Shown here one piece after another: positions 40,330 through 53,730 of a stretch of 64,000 nt of DNA. Within the stretch, counting starts at the first letter, position 1, and the number at the start of each line of letters is the position of its first letter. A model generated the notes under the pieces. That model ran no database searches. It saw only the letters and a program-made list of their open reading frames with translations, and was not told the origin of the DNA. This DNA is from Octopus vulgaris. Lineage: Eukaryota. Both the position numbers and the translations under genes were made by a program. The stretch spans positions 135,594,001 to 135,658,000 of the forward strand of contig OX597817.1 in the NCBI GenBank assembly GCA_951406725.2, written 5' to 3'.

Positions 40330-41450
40330 TGACCTCATAACAAGAAACTCTCTTCTACACCTGCCATTAAGAACTCTGGTAGGGTTCATCACTCTACAGA
40401 GGAGAGCACCCTTGAAAGGTGGAGAGAATACTTAGCTTATCTCCTAAATCCAGTCACAATAAAATCTCCTGGCAGACATGAGGTGAAACGAGGGGAGATT
40501 AACCTTACAGAGGGGCTAAAGTCATAAAAGTGATTAAAGTGCTCAAATGTGGCAATGCTATTGAAGAGAATGAAATGAAGGATGATAATCCCAAGTTTTA
40601 AAAAGGGAAGACACGAGAGAGAGGGCTCTAATTATAGCGGAATCTCCTTGTTAAGCTTCCTTGGTAAATTCTATGCAAGATGTCTGGAGAAGAGATGTAG
40701 GGAAATTGAGAGACAAAGCTTGCTGAAGAACAGTGTGGCCTCCATCCTGGACACAGCACAACTGACCAGATGTGCTTCACTGTATGGTAGGTTTCCCAGT
40801 TTGGGATTAATGGATATTTGAAACTTTGGCATGGGTACATACTGTCACCTCTCCTTTTTCATAATTTTTATGAACTGGATTGACATATGCAGCCATTGTG
40901 GAAGTGGCATCATAATCAGTGAGTGTAGGATCCCTTGGCTGATATTTGCAGACAAGAGGTGATCACCCAGAAGCAGTGAGGAGGGATTGATGAAAAAGAT
41001 AAATTTGCTATCTTCAATTGAACTTCCATGCTTATCCTCAACCATGGTTATGAATGCTATGTAAGGCCCAAAAGAGTACAATTGTAAATATAAGTGACCT
41101 AAATGAGATTCCTCCAAAGGATCTCAGGAGCAATATTACTTAACAGGGTGTGTAGCTCAAAGACCAGGCAGTCACTTGAGATGAAGCCCCTACTTCTCAG
41201 CATTGAGAGGTCACAGCTCTGATACACTGGACAATTGATTAGAATGCCACAGGGGAAAAAATCCCAAGAGAGATTCTTCAGGCCAAGCCAACTGGCAAGA
41301 AGCTAGGGGCAGAGCAAGAATGAAACAGATGGATAATATCCATAGCCTCAGTTGACTACACTTAACAATCCAGACGGAAAGAGTAACAATGGTTGCTTCT
41401 GATAGGACCCTTTTGAGGAAGTGTCCGAGGACACAATCCCCACAACCCAC
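40330..41450 (+). mobile_element. Decayed RTE-like LINE
   Basis: Fragments ERWREY..LLNP, IIPSFKKG..SNYSGISLLSFLGKFYARCLE, EEQCG..STTDQ and LSPLLFIIFM. Confidence 0.8.
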
Positions 41451-43811
41451 ACAGGAAGATGGATGGATATATCATCATCATCATTTAACATTTTCCATGT
41501 TGACATGTGTTGGACAGAATGACAAGAACTGGCAAAGCTAGGGACCACACACAGCACACCATGCTTGCCTGGTCAGACGAAATTTTGCTGAGGTAGATTT
41601 TTCTACAGCTTGATGCCCTGCTTTCTGTTGCCAACTCTTACTTGTCTCCAGCTAAGTCAATATTTCCCCATGGCCAGATATGGTTTGCACAGAAGACAAT
41701 TTTGGTTTCAAATTTTGGCACAAGGCCAGCAATTTCAGGAGAAGGGGTTAGTCAATTACATCAACCCCAGTGTGTAACTGGTACTTATTTTACCAACCCT
41801 TCAAAGATGAAAGGTAAAACTGACCTTGGTGGAATTTGAACTCTGAATGTAAAAACAGACAAAATGCTGTTAAGCATTTTGTCAAGTGTTCTAATGATTC
41901 TGCCAGCTTGCCACCTTCTGGAAATGAGTTGCAATCATCAAGAGCTGTCAAGACATATACACACAAAAGGCTCCTAGTTACTTAGACTTCATTCTGAAAT
42001 AAGCCATGTCTCACCAAAATATTGCTAATACTGCTATGCTCCAGCTTGGGAAATACTGTTTTAAAACAAGGCAGCGAGTGATCAAGAGAGAGAACAGAGT
42101 TAATAAGCAACAGAATGGAATTCTTCATTGTCTGTATCTGTGACTGTATCATTTCTACTTCCAAAAATGACAATGGGATTGCACCTAGAAAGTTTCCCTC
42201 CGAGGCACAAGTCCAGGCAAGATTATTTTATGGAAGACCAGCAGTTGCCCATGCATGCCAGCCTCCCTTCTCCATGCCACTGATGTTATCCAAGGGAAAG
42301 GCAAAGGGGCTGATACAGCAGGGCATCAAGCTGTAGAAACTTTGCCAAATCAGATTGGAGCCTGGTGCAGCCTTCTGGCTCGCCAGTCCCCAGTTAAACC
42401 GTCCAACCCATGCCAGCATGGAAAGCAGATGTTAAATGACAATGATGATGATGCTGTGTCACTGACTGCAGAACTTTAAATTAAGAATCATTTCTATTCA
42501 TATCCTCCATAGCACACTGCATTTTTTAAATGATTTGATTTTATGTGGGCACCAGGAACTGCCTGTAATAGACATATTTGAAATAATAATGAGATTTTGT
42601 TGGACTTGAAGGAAATATGATGAGTTAGATATGTAACAATAAACATTCCAAATTTATTGTTGTATAATAATAACGAAAATTCTAACGTTGTTTTTAAACG
42701 GTTGTTATATTGTTTTATAGTAGAATTTTTAAAACATATTAAAAGAATAATTACTTCTGGTGGTCTATGCAGACTGAATTTGGGACTGCCATTGTTCAAA
42801 ATATTGAATTTCTTTTTATTTCATCAGCTTGAGGTAGGAGAGATGATGCTCAGAGCACTTTTAAACACTCATGGCTTAGGCACAGCTGTTTGGTCGAAAA
42901 CTTTACTTCCCAACCACATGCTTTTAGGTTCAATCTCACTGTGTGACTCCTTAGACTAAAGTCTTTTACAGCCCTTCAACTAAAGCCTTGTGAGTGGATT
43001 TCATCGATGGAAACTGAAAGAAGCTCATCATATTTGCATATAAGCACGCACATATTTGTGTATGAGCACATATATTTGGGTTTCTTTGTTTTCACTACAG
43101 ATGATGGTTGTGAATGAGCGTCACCATCATACAAGCAGTGTCATTCATTTCCAATATTCTGCAAAAACATGTCTGGCCATGAGGAAGAGCATCTAGCCAT
43201 AGAATATCTGCCTTAATGAACTGTCTGACCCATGCAAGCATAGAAAACTGTACATTAAAACAACAATTATAATGATGCAAACTCAAAAAAGGAAAAGCAA
43301 GGTGTGGCAAGTTAGATTTGGAATTATTGTTAGACATTGTTTAACTGGAGAAGGAAGAACCTCACAAGAACTGAGCAAACTGGTCAGCTTTGGTAGAAGT
43401 CACTTTGGCACATGTAAGGTTCCGACTGTCTTGGATTAGTTATGTAACCAGAGTGTTTTGAATGACAGTTCCACTTCTACCAAAGATAGTTCCGGAGAGA
43501 TGTAGAAATTATTTACGCCTGACTGGCGTCCATGTCGGTGACATGTAAAAGCACCGACCGATCGTGGCTGTTTGTCAGCCTGCTCTGGCCCCTGAGCCGG
43601 TGGCACGTAAAAAACACCCACTACACTCACGGAGTGGTTAGCGTTAGGAAGGACATCCAGCTGTAGAAACACTGCCAAATCAGACTAGAGCCTGGTGCAG
43701 CCTCCATGGCTTACCAGACCCCGGTTGAACCGTCCAACCCATGCTAGCATGGAAAACGGACGTTAAATAATGGTGATGATGAAACAGGTGTCCTCACCTT
43801 GGTTGTTGTTA

Positions 43812-43855
43812 TCACAAAGTTTCGGCTGATGTACTCTCCAGCCTTCATCAGGTGT
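43812..43855 (-). ncRNA. Type-I hammerhead ribozyme-like motif (stem III damaged)
   Basis: acac-CTGATGA-a-GGCTG-gagagtacat-CAGCC-GAAAC-ttt-gtga. The core boxes are intact, stem II is a perfect 5 bp and stem I is cac/gtg. Confidence 0.6.
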
Positions 43856-46800
43856 CCTGGTGGAATTTCACACCCAACCTTTTATATGACTAATGGGGTA
43901 TGCTCTTCTCATTCCTAAGATATGCCACTGATGTTATTTTTCTGTTGATAGTCCCTGCCGCTCTTATCCACTACGCTATATGCCCGTCCATTGTAAACAA
44001 TGTACATAATTCCTCATCCCAAAAATATAGAATAGAAGATGTAGAGATGATGAAACTAAAGCAGTAACCAATTTAAGTGGTGCAGAATAATCACCGAAGC
44101 CTGTATCTGTGATGAGGGGGTAGTTTTCTTTGAAGTTAAAGACATGACAATGAATGAGGTGGCAACATTTATATTAAGTGCCAAAAAACCTTGCTCAAGA
44201 GGCAAGATAAAGACATTTATATAAACATAAACATCTATTTAGGCATTATCTAACTAATGACAAAGAGGCTGACTAATTTTTTTTTTTGTTAAAAATTCCC
44301 AATATATATATAAAAAAAAAAAATTGAAGGAAGTAAACTAGACAATGATCTAGTTTCCAAAGTCTGCTACTCTCACTGGTATCTAAACTTATCACTCTTG
44401 AAGCTTTCAATTCCATCACACACACACTTTCCCCATCCTGCCTCATTGTGTATAGATACTTTTAAACTCAGTTTCGTCTGATGAAGAACACAAAATTAAC
44501 AATGTTAACGCAGGTAATAGTAGTAGTAGTACAACCACTGTAAGGGTTTTAAAAAGATGACAGTGAAACAATACAAAGGTAGTCACGAATCAAACTTTAG
44601 TTTGTCACTTCAGAATCCTAGAACTCGCAGCGTAGCGATGGTTTTCGTGTATATATATACTCTGTTGGATTGGCGGAGCTATGAGCTATTTAATACGTAA
44701 TGTTTAGATGTCTACAGGGCTGAAATTAGTTTACAGTAAGTGGTTTTAAACACGAGCAGTCTAGCTGATGATGATGATTATATATATATATGTCACAGTA
44801 TGCTTCTTATATATTTATATATAGCATACGTATTTCTAAACTCTCATCTATTGAGGACTGCCTGTAAAACTAAGATATAATTATACACACGAGATGCTGA
44901 GAGTACATTCCAAATATGTTTTGTTTTGATACGACAGACGCGAACGTATCCTGAACACAGATCTCTCTCTCTCTCTTTCTTCTTTTTCATCATATGACTT
45001 GGTGTTCTAAGATCGTAGACACGATTTTCTCACAGAAAAAACCACATAATAATAAGTTTAGTTGCAGAAGAACTAGCATAATTGGTAGTTAATGAATCGA
45101 AATTTGACAACGAGGAATACAGAATTCCTGAGTTGACATTTTTTTGACGGTCGACTTGTACTTAGATAACACATCGATCTGCATCGATAACTATTCATAA
45201 CATGCAATCACGGACAGACATCAGGAACCTGGATGCTGTGAGATGTTACCAAACTACCACAGGTTTATTATTGATAAGAATTTCGATGTCTTGATTATAT
45301 ATTTCATACCAGGTTGATATATCTACATAAAGATGAGGGGAAACAATTCATAAGCGAGAGAGAGAGAGAAAGAGGTGATAAACAACCACGCCCTTATTTT
45401 GGGAGAAAAGTGAGAGTCATCAAAACAAAATTGAATGCGAAAATTAATTTCCAATGATAAATTAAACATGGACAAATACTTAAGTACGACTACGTTGTAA
45501 ATTTTGAGGGGAAACAACAGGAATAGAACCAAACATTCCTTCAAAATGCTGCAGAGCCTACAAAATAAGGTTAAGTGAATATTTCCAAGCAGACCATTCC
45601 ATTAAAATTCAATCTATAAATAGTTTAGTCATTTGGCACTTTTAATTTCTCTCCAAAAAACGAAGTGATTTGTAAAAAGTTGTTTTATTAAAATAAAATA
45701 ATAAAAAAATACAACTAAATACTATAAATCTGGATTATGATTAAAGAATTTAATTATTTTTCTTCCTAAATTAACTGAGAATTTCTCCTCTGCTCCGAGT
45801 TAAATATTTAAATATAAACTTAATTAAAAGCAACACAATTAAAAGAGAAGTAATTAAATACCAGTGAAGAAAAGTTACATACCAAATATATTTGATAAAA
45901 ATGCAACAAGTTTATAAAAGGGAGAAGTATTTATTAATTAACTGAACTAGATTTTGGTTATTTCATAGAATTTGCAAATCTCAGTATTTCCAATAAAAAA
46001 TTTTAACCCGAAACGAAAATGAATTATAGAATATGTTGCTAGACTATAATTCTATTTTGAAATAAAATATTGAAACTACATGACATAAATATTCCGCTTT
46101 ACAAATATATAAATATATTTAAATAGAAACAGAGAATTAATGGCATGAATTAAGCATTTACATTTTATAAATAATTAACTCATGTTTATTTATTTCATTG
46201 TTTCCCCGTCTTCCTTGCTTATATTAAGCTCCAAATCAACTTTCTGATCCCCAATTACACAATCTCCATCTAAATATATAACATTCCACACACACACACA
46301 CACAGTTTGATGTTTTTCTTCTCTAAGAGGAAGCTGTGGCCTTCATGGCTTTCCCCCCGACACGCATTAAACACCACCAAGGCAAAAATGTTTCGATTTT
46401 TTTCCCTCCTTATCCTCCATCATCCTCGACTAATTCTTTACAACCACATTTTATCAATTTCGATTATGTTTTAGTTGAAACCATTCCACTTCTATCAATT
46501 TGTTCGTGCTTATTTCGGGAAAGGCATGAACATCACGACGTCTCGATTTCGAGAAATCGAAACGTTGATTGTTTCGTGTCTTGTCAATTGAGATCCTGCT
46601 TTGTGACACAAAAACGAAAACGATTCGAAAACAAATTATGAATTACGAACGATAAGAAATAGCAAGTTCAATGTGCAAGCTATTTAATGGAAAAACCCCT
46701 CAAAAGAATGTAAATATATGAAAGAGAGAAATAACAAAAGAATTGGTGAAGAATTTGGAGAAGAGGCGAAAAGGAGGATGGAGGAGGCAGCAACCACCAT

Positions 46801-46861
46801 TTAATGAGGGGATATAACGGATATAAAGGATAAAGAAAACGTGTAGCAGGGAGTGACGTAC

Positions 46862-46982
46862 CAAATGTATTGAGAAAGTCGGTGATCTTCTTAATGCTGC
46901 AGGTAATAACTTCGATATATTCCCGGTTATTCCAATCCTGTTGGATCGATCTCGGCGGAGCCATTTGCTGAGTAGACGCCAT
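46862..46982 (-). CDS. BRK1: BRK1 (BRICK1/HSPC300, WAVE regulatory complex subunit), coding exon 1
   Basis: Translates [40 protein letters not shown] plus 1 nt (G). This matches the BRK1 hallmark QDWxNREYIEx(I)TxSIKKIxDFLNxF. It is followed by a phase-1 donor G|gtacgt at 46861. Confidence 0.97.
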
Positions 46983-47150
46983 GTTAGTTGATGACTACAG
47001 AACTCAGAACGAGGCCGCGTCGCTCTGGCCAAGGAACGCAACTCTGATCAATGGAAACTGGATTTTCACGCCGCTGCCGCCTCCTCCTCCTCCTCCCCCC
47101 GACACCATCCTCACAATTATCGTCGTCATCGTCGTCGTGGTTATCATCAC
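46983..47150 (-). promoter_or_regulatory. BRK1 5' UTR / proximal promoter
   Basis: Locally GC- and CpG-rich segment (gaggccgcgtcgc, gccgctgccgcctcctcc) directly upstream of the ATG, in an otherwise CpG-poor background. Confidence 0.55.
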
Positions 47151-47404
47151 ATATTGAAAACTTTTTGAGATTTTTCCCTTTTTTTTTTTTTAAATTGCTT
47201 TCATTTTAAAACTTCCATGCTTCCTGACATTCGCCAACACTACACCTGATTTTCTCCCCTCCATACACACGCAAGCATGTATCTGACTCCTGCACTGTTC
47301 ACTTTCCAGACATTTGTACATTACTGCATATTCTTTATACGCACTTTTGACAAGTTGTGGTGCACCTGAGCACTATACAATAATTTCATTATTATTATTT
47401 ATTA

Positions 47405-47799
47405 CTAGCAGTATTGCCCGGCGTTGCTCGGGTTTGTAAGGGAAATAACTATATAAGCATTTTTAGAGATGTAAAGTATAATAGCCATCTCAATATGGCT
47501 AACCACAAGGGGGGGTATTGTAGCTTTTTACGTTCTGAGATTTAATAATACATTTTTTAGAGAGTTACTTCCCTTATATAATAGCAAAAAAAATGCATTA
47601 GAAATGGGAAAAAATTATGGTAAATTTTTTTTTAAATCGTAGACTCATCGTAGACGCGCGCTAATACCCAGAAGGGCTCGATATGAATCACGACTATAAG
47701 ATACCCGCTTTTGGTTTACACTGCACCGCAAAATGTGGGAGTAGTTAGGAATCTAAATCGTAGGAGACAGACACGCAACTTCACTTTTATATATAAAGA
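47405..47799 (-). mobile_element. Non-autonomous Helitron upstream of BRK1
   Basis: Minus strand A|TCTTTATATATAAAAG ... CCCGAGCAACGCCGGG hairpin, then CAATACTG-CTAG|T. This gives the TC start, subterminal hairpin, CTAG end and A|T insertion site. Confidence 0.88.
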
Positions 47800-48654
47800 T
47801 TTCTTGTTACACACACACGTGTGCACTCGACCAGCCTGAATCAAACTGTTTTAGATAATAATAATAATATATGTAACTTCTACTAAAATGTGTTGAGTGC
47901 CTCTTTCTTTCGTCTGTCCACACTCAGAGAAGAACAGAATGGAATAAGCTGAGCAAGAGCACACACGGAGAGGGAAAGTGTTGCTGAGAAGGTCACAGAT
48001 GGGTGACGAAAGATTTCCGGACAATGGACATGAGTTAGAATGAGAACAGTAATAAATGAATGAAGAACGAACATATAATGCGTGTGTTTATTTGGGGGAA
48101 AAAATGACCGTCTCGAAATACAATATATTTATATATATATAAGAGAGAGAGAGAGAGAGAGAGATCATCATCATCATCATATTTAACGACCGTTTTCTAT
48201 GCTGGCATGGGTTGGATGGTTTGACGAGAACTAGCAATAAATTTATTACCAAGCTCTGCAGTCTGCTCTGATGTTGTTTCTACAGCTGGATGCCTTCCCT
48301 GACACCAACCATTTCATAGGTGTGTGTGGAGGGGGGTTAGTGAAGCCTCCGCTGCTGTGAGGTTACCGTGTAACTTACATGATACGACCCCTCAACCGAG
48401 GAGGAAAGGAGTACTGAGAGACAGAAATGGTGTCTAGCATTAGAAGAGAAACATGGCTACTTCTAGTGGAGGAGAGAGAGAAGACGGTGAAGGTGTGATG
48501 GGAAGAGGAAGAGCGCCATACACCCAACTTACAGGAAGGTGTATATAAGGAAGTGGACCAAGGAATGGAGAGGGTGAGAGGGAGCTGGTGGAGGGCTGAG
48601 CTAATGGGCACAGGTAGAGGGAAGGGGTATTAGGTGTATATCTCTTTTAATCTT

Positions 48655-49060
48655 TACTCTTTTACTTGTTTCAGTCATTTGACTGCGGCTATGCTGGAGC
48701 ACCGCCTTTATTCGAGCAAATCGATCCTAGGACTTATTCATTGTAAGCCTAGTACTTATTCTATTGGTCTCTTTTGCCAAACCGCTAAGTTACGGGGACG
48801 TAAACACACTAGCATCGGTTGTCAAGCGATGTTGGGGCGGACAAACACAGACAAGCAAACATATACACACACATACACATATATATACATATATATGACA
48901 GGCTTCTTTCAGTTTCCGTCTACCAAATCCACTCACAAGGCTTTGGTCAGCCTGAGGCTATAGTAGGAGGCACTTGCCCAAGGTGCCACGCAGTGGTTCT
49001 GAACCTGGAACCATGTGGCTCGTAAGCAAGCAACTTACCAGACAGCCACTCCTACACCTA
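48655..49060 (-). mobile_element. tRNA-headed SINE, family B (full length)
   Basis: Head taggtgtaggagtggctgtctggtaag, core ggcaccttgggcaagtg, internal microsatellite, tail gactgaaacaagtaaaagag. Confidence 0.87.
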
Positions 49061-50099
49061 TATATATTGTAAGGGATTCAACAAGAACATGGCTGTGTGC
49101 AGGTAAGTATGTGAGGGAGAATGGAGGGGGGAGGGAATAAAGCGGTGGTGAGCATGGGTGGGGAAGGGGTGAAGGTATTGAGGAGAGAGATGAGTTTTGG
49201 TGGTGGTGCAGGCCTGGATATAAAAGACATGCTTTTATGTCCTGGATTTTAACGCGATGGGTCTTCTCAAGCCCAGCAAATCGCTAAAAGCTGCAGACCT
49301 TTGTCATCTCCTCTCTGAGGCTCAACGTCTGAAGATCATTTCTCAGCACTTTGTCCCACATCTCCCTGGGTCTTCCTCTTCCACAGGTTTCCTCCACATT
49401 CAGATATCTTTAGGCAGATATCTTCAACCATACATATCACATAACCATACAAGTACAATTTATCATCATCATCATTATCATCATCATTTAATGTCCACTT
49501 TCCATGCTGACATGGGTTAGACAGTTCGACCAGGGTCTGGGAAGCCAGGAGGCTGCACCAGGCTCCAGTCTGATCTGACAAAGTTTCTACAGCTGGATGC
49601 CCTTCCTAACACCAACAATTCCGAGAGTGTAATGGGTGCTTTTCACGTGCCACCAGCACAGGGGCTAGAGGGGGTTGGCATTGACCATGACTGGATGGTG
49701 CTTTTTACGTGTCACTGGCATGGCACATGGCACAGTGATTAGTGCATCGGGCTCACTATCATGAAGTAGTGCATTCGATACACAGACCAGGCTGTCTGTT
49801 GTGTTCTTGAGCAAGACACTTTATTTCATGTGGCTCCATTTCATTCAGCTGTAGAAATGAGTTGTGATGCCACTGGTGCCAAGCTGTATTGGCCATTGCC
49901 TTTCCCTTGGATAACATTGGTGGCATGGAGAGAGGAAGCTGGTATGCATGGGCAACTACTGGTCTTCCACAAACAGCCTTGCCTGGACTTGAGTCTCAGA
50001 GGGTAACTTTCTAGGTGCAATCCTATGGTCATTCATGACCAAAGGGGGTCTTTACCCTAAATATAAATATGTATCAGATGCGGAAGTAAGGCCTACAAT

Positions 50100-50720
50100 C
50101 AAAGGGCCTAAGAGTTAATTTAGCAAAAACCAAAGTCTTAGTAAGTAGAAAAACAGACGAATCACAAATCCCTTAAAGGAGATGGCCCTGCTCAATAAAT
50201 ATGTAGGTAGAAACTCCCTAAGGTGTACTCAGTGCAAGCTATGGACACATAAGAGGTGCAGCAATATCAGAGGAAGGTTAGCAAAGAAAGCAGTCTTAGT
50301 GTGTGACAGATGTATAGGTACAATAAACACTAGAAATGTACAGAAAATAAACTTCACCAAATGCCATCAGTGATACTTAGAGGTAGTAGATAGGTTCCGT
50401 AACCTAGGTGACCAAGTCAACAGTGGAGGTGGATGTTCTGAGAGCATAGCTGCTAGAATAAGAATGGATTGGGCAGAGTTCAGAGAGCTTTTACCTTTGT
50501 TGGTAACAAAGAAGAGCTTCTGTCAGAGTGAAAGGCAGATTGTATGATGTCTGTGAGCAAATAGCCATGCTATATAACTGTGAAACATGGGTTGTGACTG
50601 CAGAGGACATGTAAAGACTTGAAAGAAATGAAGCTAGAATGCTTTGCTAGATGTGCAATGTCAGTGTGCATTTTCGACAGAGTGTAAGCATCTTGGGAGA
50701 AAAACTGGGCATAAGAAGCA
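50100..50720 (+). mobile_element. RTE-type LINE fragment
   Basis: GLRVNLAKTKVLV, CTQCKLWTHKRCS..CDRC (Cys-rich insert), LEVVDRFRNLGD and ETWVVTAED; contains in-frame stops. Confidence 0.82.
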
Positions 50721-50791
50721 TACATACATATATACATTTATACATACATATATACACACACACATATAAATACATACATACACACACACAC

Positions 50792-50822
<31 letters not shown>

Positions 50823-50970
50823 TATATACACACATGATGGCTGCCACTCAATTTCATGCAATGCCATCACAGGATTGTTCTTTTAAACATGAGTTGCAGA
50901 GATGTGGCTTTTCAGTCCTACTCGAGACCCACACTCTTTTACAGGGGATGTGACCATGATGAATACTTCT

Positions 50971-52058
50971 TGTAGGAGGTATAAAGAGAGCTTACCACCC
51001 GCATTGACAAGTACCTTTATTTTATCATGTAATTTTTCGTCGTGTGTTTTGCCTTTCTTGGTTATGACTGTAGCAATATCGTTCTCTCATCGCTATCTTC
51101 ACTGTTTGAGAAGAGTATTAAGAATAATCTCATTCGAGATTACAAACATCTTCGGCTAGTTCAACATTGTTGTAAACACTAATTCGATTGGCTGTCACGT
51201 TGGTCTCTACTACGTTCGCACCGCTGGTTATCACGTGACGCGATTTGCCTCCGCTTCTTTTCGCGCCATAGTTCCAAGCAGCCAATCACAGCTTTCCATT
51301 TCTGAAGTTCATTTGGAGCCGTATAAACCTTATATAAAGAAGGTTTTTCAGACAAATATTCATCTTAGGCTTTTAGTTCTTTTCAGAGCTAAGTCTCTGA
51401 CCACAGAGCTGGTCTTAGGTTTCCAGTCCTTCTCAGGGCGAACCTCTGACCACACAGAGCATACTCGACCAAGTTCCAGTTCGAAAGGCAGGCGACCACA
51501 ATTAATACAAGATGTTACAGATACCTCTCATACTGTTAGTGTGAAAATATCACCACGAAAAGAACTGTTACGAGATATCTATAACTAGAGAAAAATAACC
51601 AAGCAAAATATATAATGAAGACGCAGCAAGAACCAATCGACAAACATCGAAGATTTAATTTGTACACAAGACAACTACAGATTCAGCTATAGCGGTTAGG
51701 TGAAATTCTCGCCACAGAAAAAACGGCTACAGTTAATATATCTGGAAGTATACTCATATCAAGAGAAAGATAAACACAACGAGTGATTCAATTAATCTCA
51801 ACTGCGAGACGCAACATCTTGATATGGAACTCTTACGCTGTACCTCATAAACGGTAAATCAATTATCTGTTCTTGGGTTCTAGTTTCTTCTAAGAACTAC
51901 CTTAAGCCATCTGTTATTACCTGTTGCCAGGCTGATACTAACAACATGAACTGTGAACCAAATTCCACACTTATGTGTTTTGCCGCTGCATGTAAAACTG
52001 GTCAGTAAAGGCTTATTAAGAATGGGATCGCGTGCGACTGTGTCTCTTATACGATACA
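50971..52058 (+). mobile_element. Possible solo LTR (promoter-like element)
   Basis: TGTA..GTATAAAGAG start and CTCTTATAC..TACA end (imperfect inverted termini). Internal TCACGTGA (about 51231), CCAAT (about 51281) and TATATAAA (about 51331) occur in promoter order. CpG-rich. No TSD found. Confidence 0.4.
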
Positions 52059-53407
52059 ACCGTTCATGAACCTATTTTTATATGACCATTCGTAGAGAAT
52101 CTGAGAAGCTTATTGGCCAGGGCATTCAGCTTGTGATTGTAAGATTGTAAGTCTGATTCCAGGCTGCACATTGTATTCTTGAGCAAGTTACTTTACTTCT
52201 TCACATTGCTCCAGTCCACTCAACTAACAAAAATGAGTGGTACCTGTATTTCAAAGGGGCCAGCCTTGTCACATTCTGTGTCTGCTGAATCTCCCTGAGA
52301 GCTACGTTAAGATTACTCATGTCTGTGGAGTGCTCAGCCACTCACTTGTTAATTTTATGAGCAGGCAGTTCCATTGATCAGATCAACCGGAATCTTTGTC
52401 GTCATAATTGATAGAGAGCCATACCAGCCATAACGAGCGTCACATGGTAGAGATCTTAAAACTCAAACGATGTCAGTGCCAAAGGTTTTTTAAAATAAAG
52501 AAAAACCTTGTACAGGGATAATTCCACTCTCTATCAACATATGAATTCTAATCAATTGGCCCCTTCCCCCAAACTTTTGGGCCTTGTGCCCAGAGTAGAA
52601 AAGAACATATGTATAATGGAATTGAAGATTTATAATACCTGTGGAGTATCTCCTTCTCCCATTATAATTATTTCGGTAGTCTTAAGGATCTGGAACAAAA
52701 AGAAGAAGTTTACAAGCAGAGTGCAATTCAATAGTCATTTATTTTGAGTTCTCGTTCGTGTGGCTCACTCCCAGTAACTGTCTTTATAGAAGCATGTGGT
52801 TCGTTATAGCTCCATTCATGTGAGGTTCAATACATCTGGAGATAACAGGTGAAGTAGAGCAGGATAAGAGTCTGCTGTGAGTTGCCCGCTTCACAGTGTT
52901 TCCCAGTGTAAGCAAGAAGGAAGAAAGAGAAAGAATGTCTTAATTCTCCTGCTTAAATAGTCGTTGCCGACGAGAGTCTTGCTGTCGTCTTGTGCATGGC
53001 AAATGGTTGCAGGCAAGATCTTGCTCCAGTCTTGGACATGGTAATGGCTACCGATGAGTTCTCATACAAAATGGCACTGGCTTCTTGTGCCTCGCTACAT
53101 ATGCATTCTTCCAAAAAGAAGAACAAGTCCACAGCATTGGATGCAAACAGAGTCACAGATAATACATCAGAATTTTCCTTCTAGAAACACATGTCTAAAC
53201 AAACACTAGGAGTCTCTGACTCCCAGCTATCAGATGGCCATTGACTCTACTGAGTTCATTCACTCTTTGACAGTCTTTGTTTTTCGTCCTGCAGGATGAC
53301 CAACAAGAAACCCCTCCCGACCATCCAGGCGCCATAATATTGCCAGTTTAGTCATGAACAAACTGTACTGGGTTTCATGTTACCAATACCACTAAGTATG
53401 ACCTGAC

Positions 53408-53730
53408 ATACATACACACACATACACATACATACATGCATACATACACACATATACATACATACATGCATGCATACATACATATATACATACATACACA
53501 CACACATACATACACATACATACATACATACATACATACATACATACATACATACATACATACACACAAAGTACAATTACATATTTAGCACACATCCTAT
53601 TACTAACAACACACACACACATACACACACACACACATACATACCTACATACATAGATAGATAGATACATACATACATACACACAAGGTACAATTACATA
53701 TCTAGCACACATCCTATTACTAACAACATC
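53408..53730. repeat. (TACA)n/(CA)n microsatellite with a duplicated unique unit of about 48 bp
   Basis: acacaa.gtacaattacatat.tagcacacatcctattactaacaac occurs at about 53563 and about 53681. Confidence 0.9.

Noticed and set aside
44478-44490. Isolated CTGATGA matches (also about 2900, 10314, 26242 and 36736)
   Set aside because: No following stem II plus GAAA and UH arrangement; expected by chance.
46680-46861. C-terminal extension of the 100-aa ORF containing BRK1 exon 1
   Set aside because: Read-through into intron 1 past the gtacgt donor; homology continues instead in the exon at 36848.
52750-53390. Coding-like, moderately GC-rich segment with short ORFs
   Set aside because: No recognisable motif in the frames examined; possibly an old LINE remnant but not supportable.
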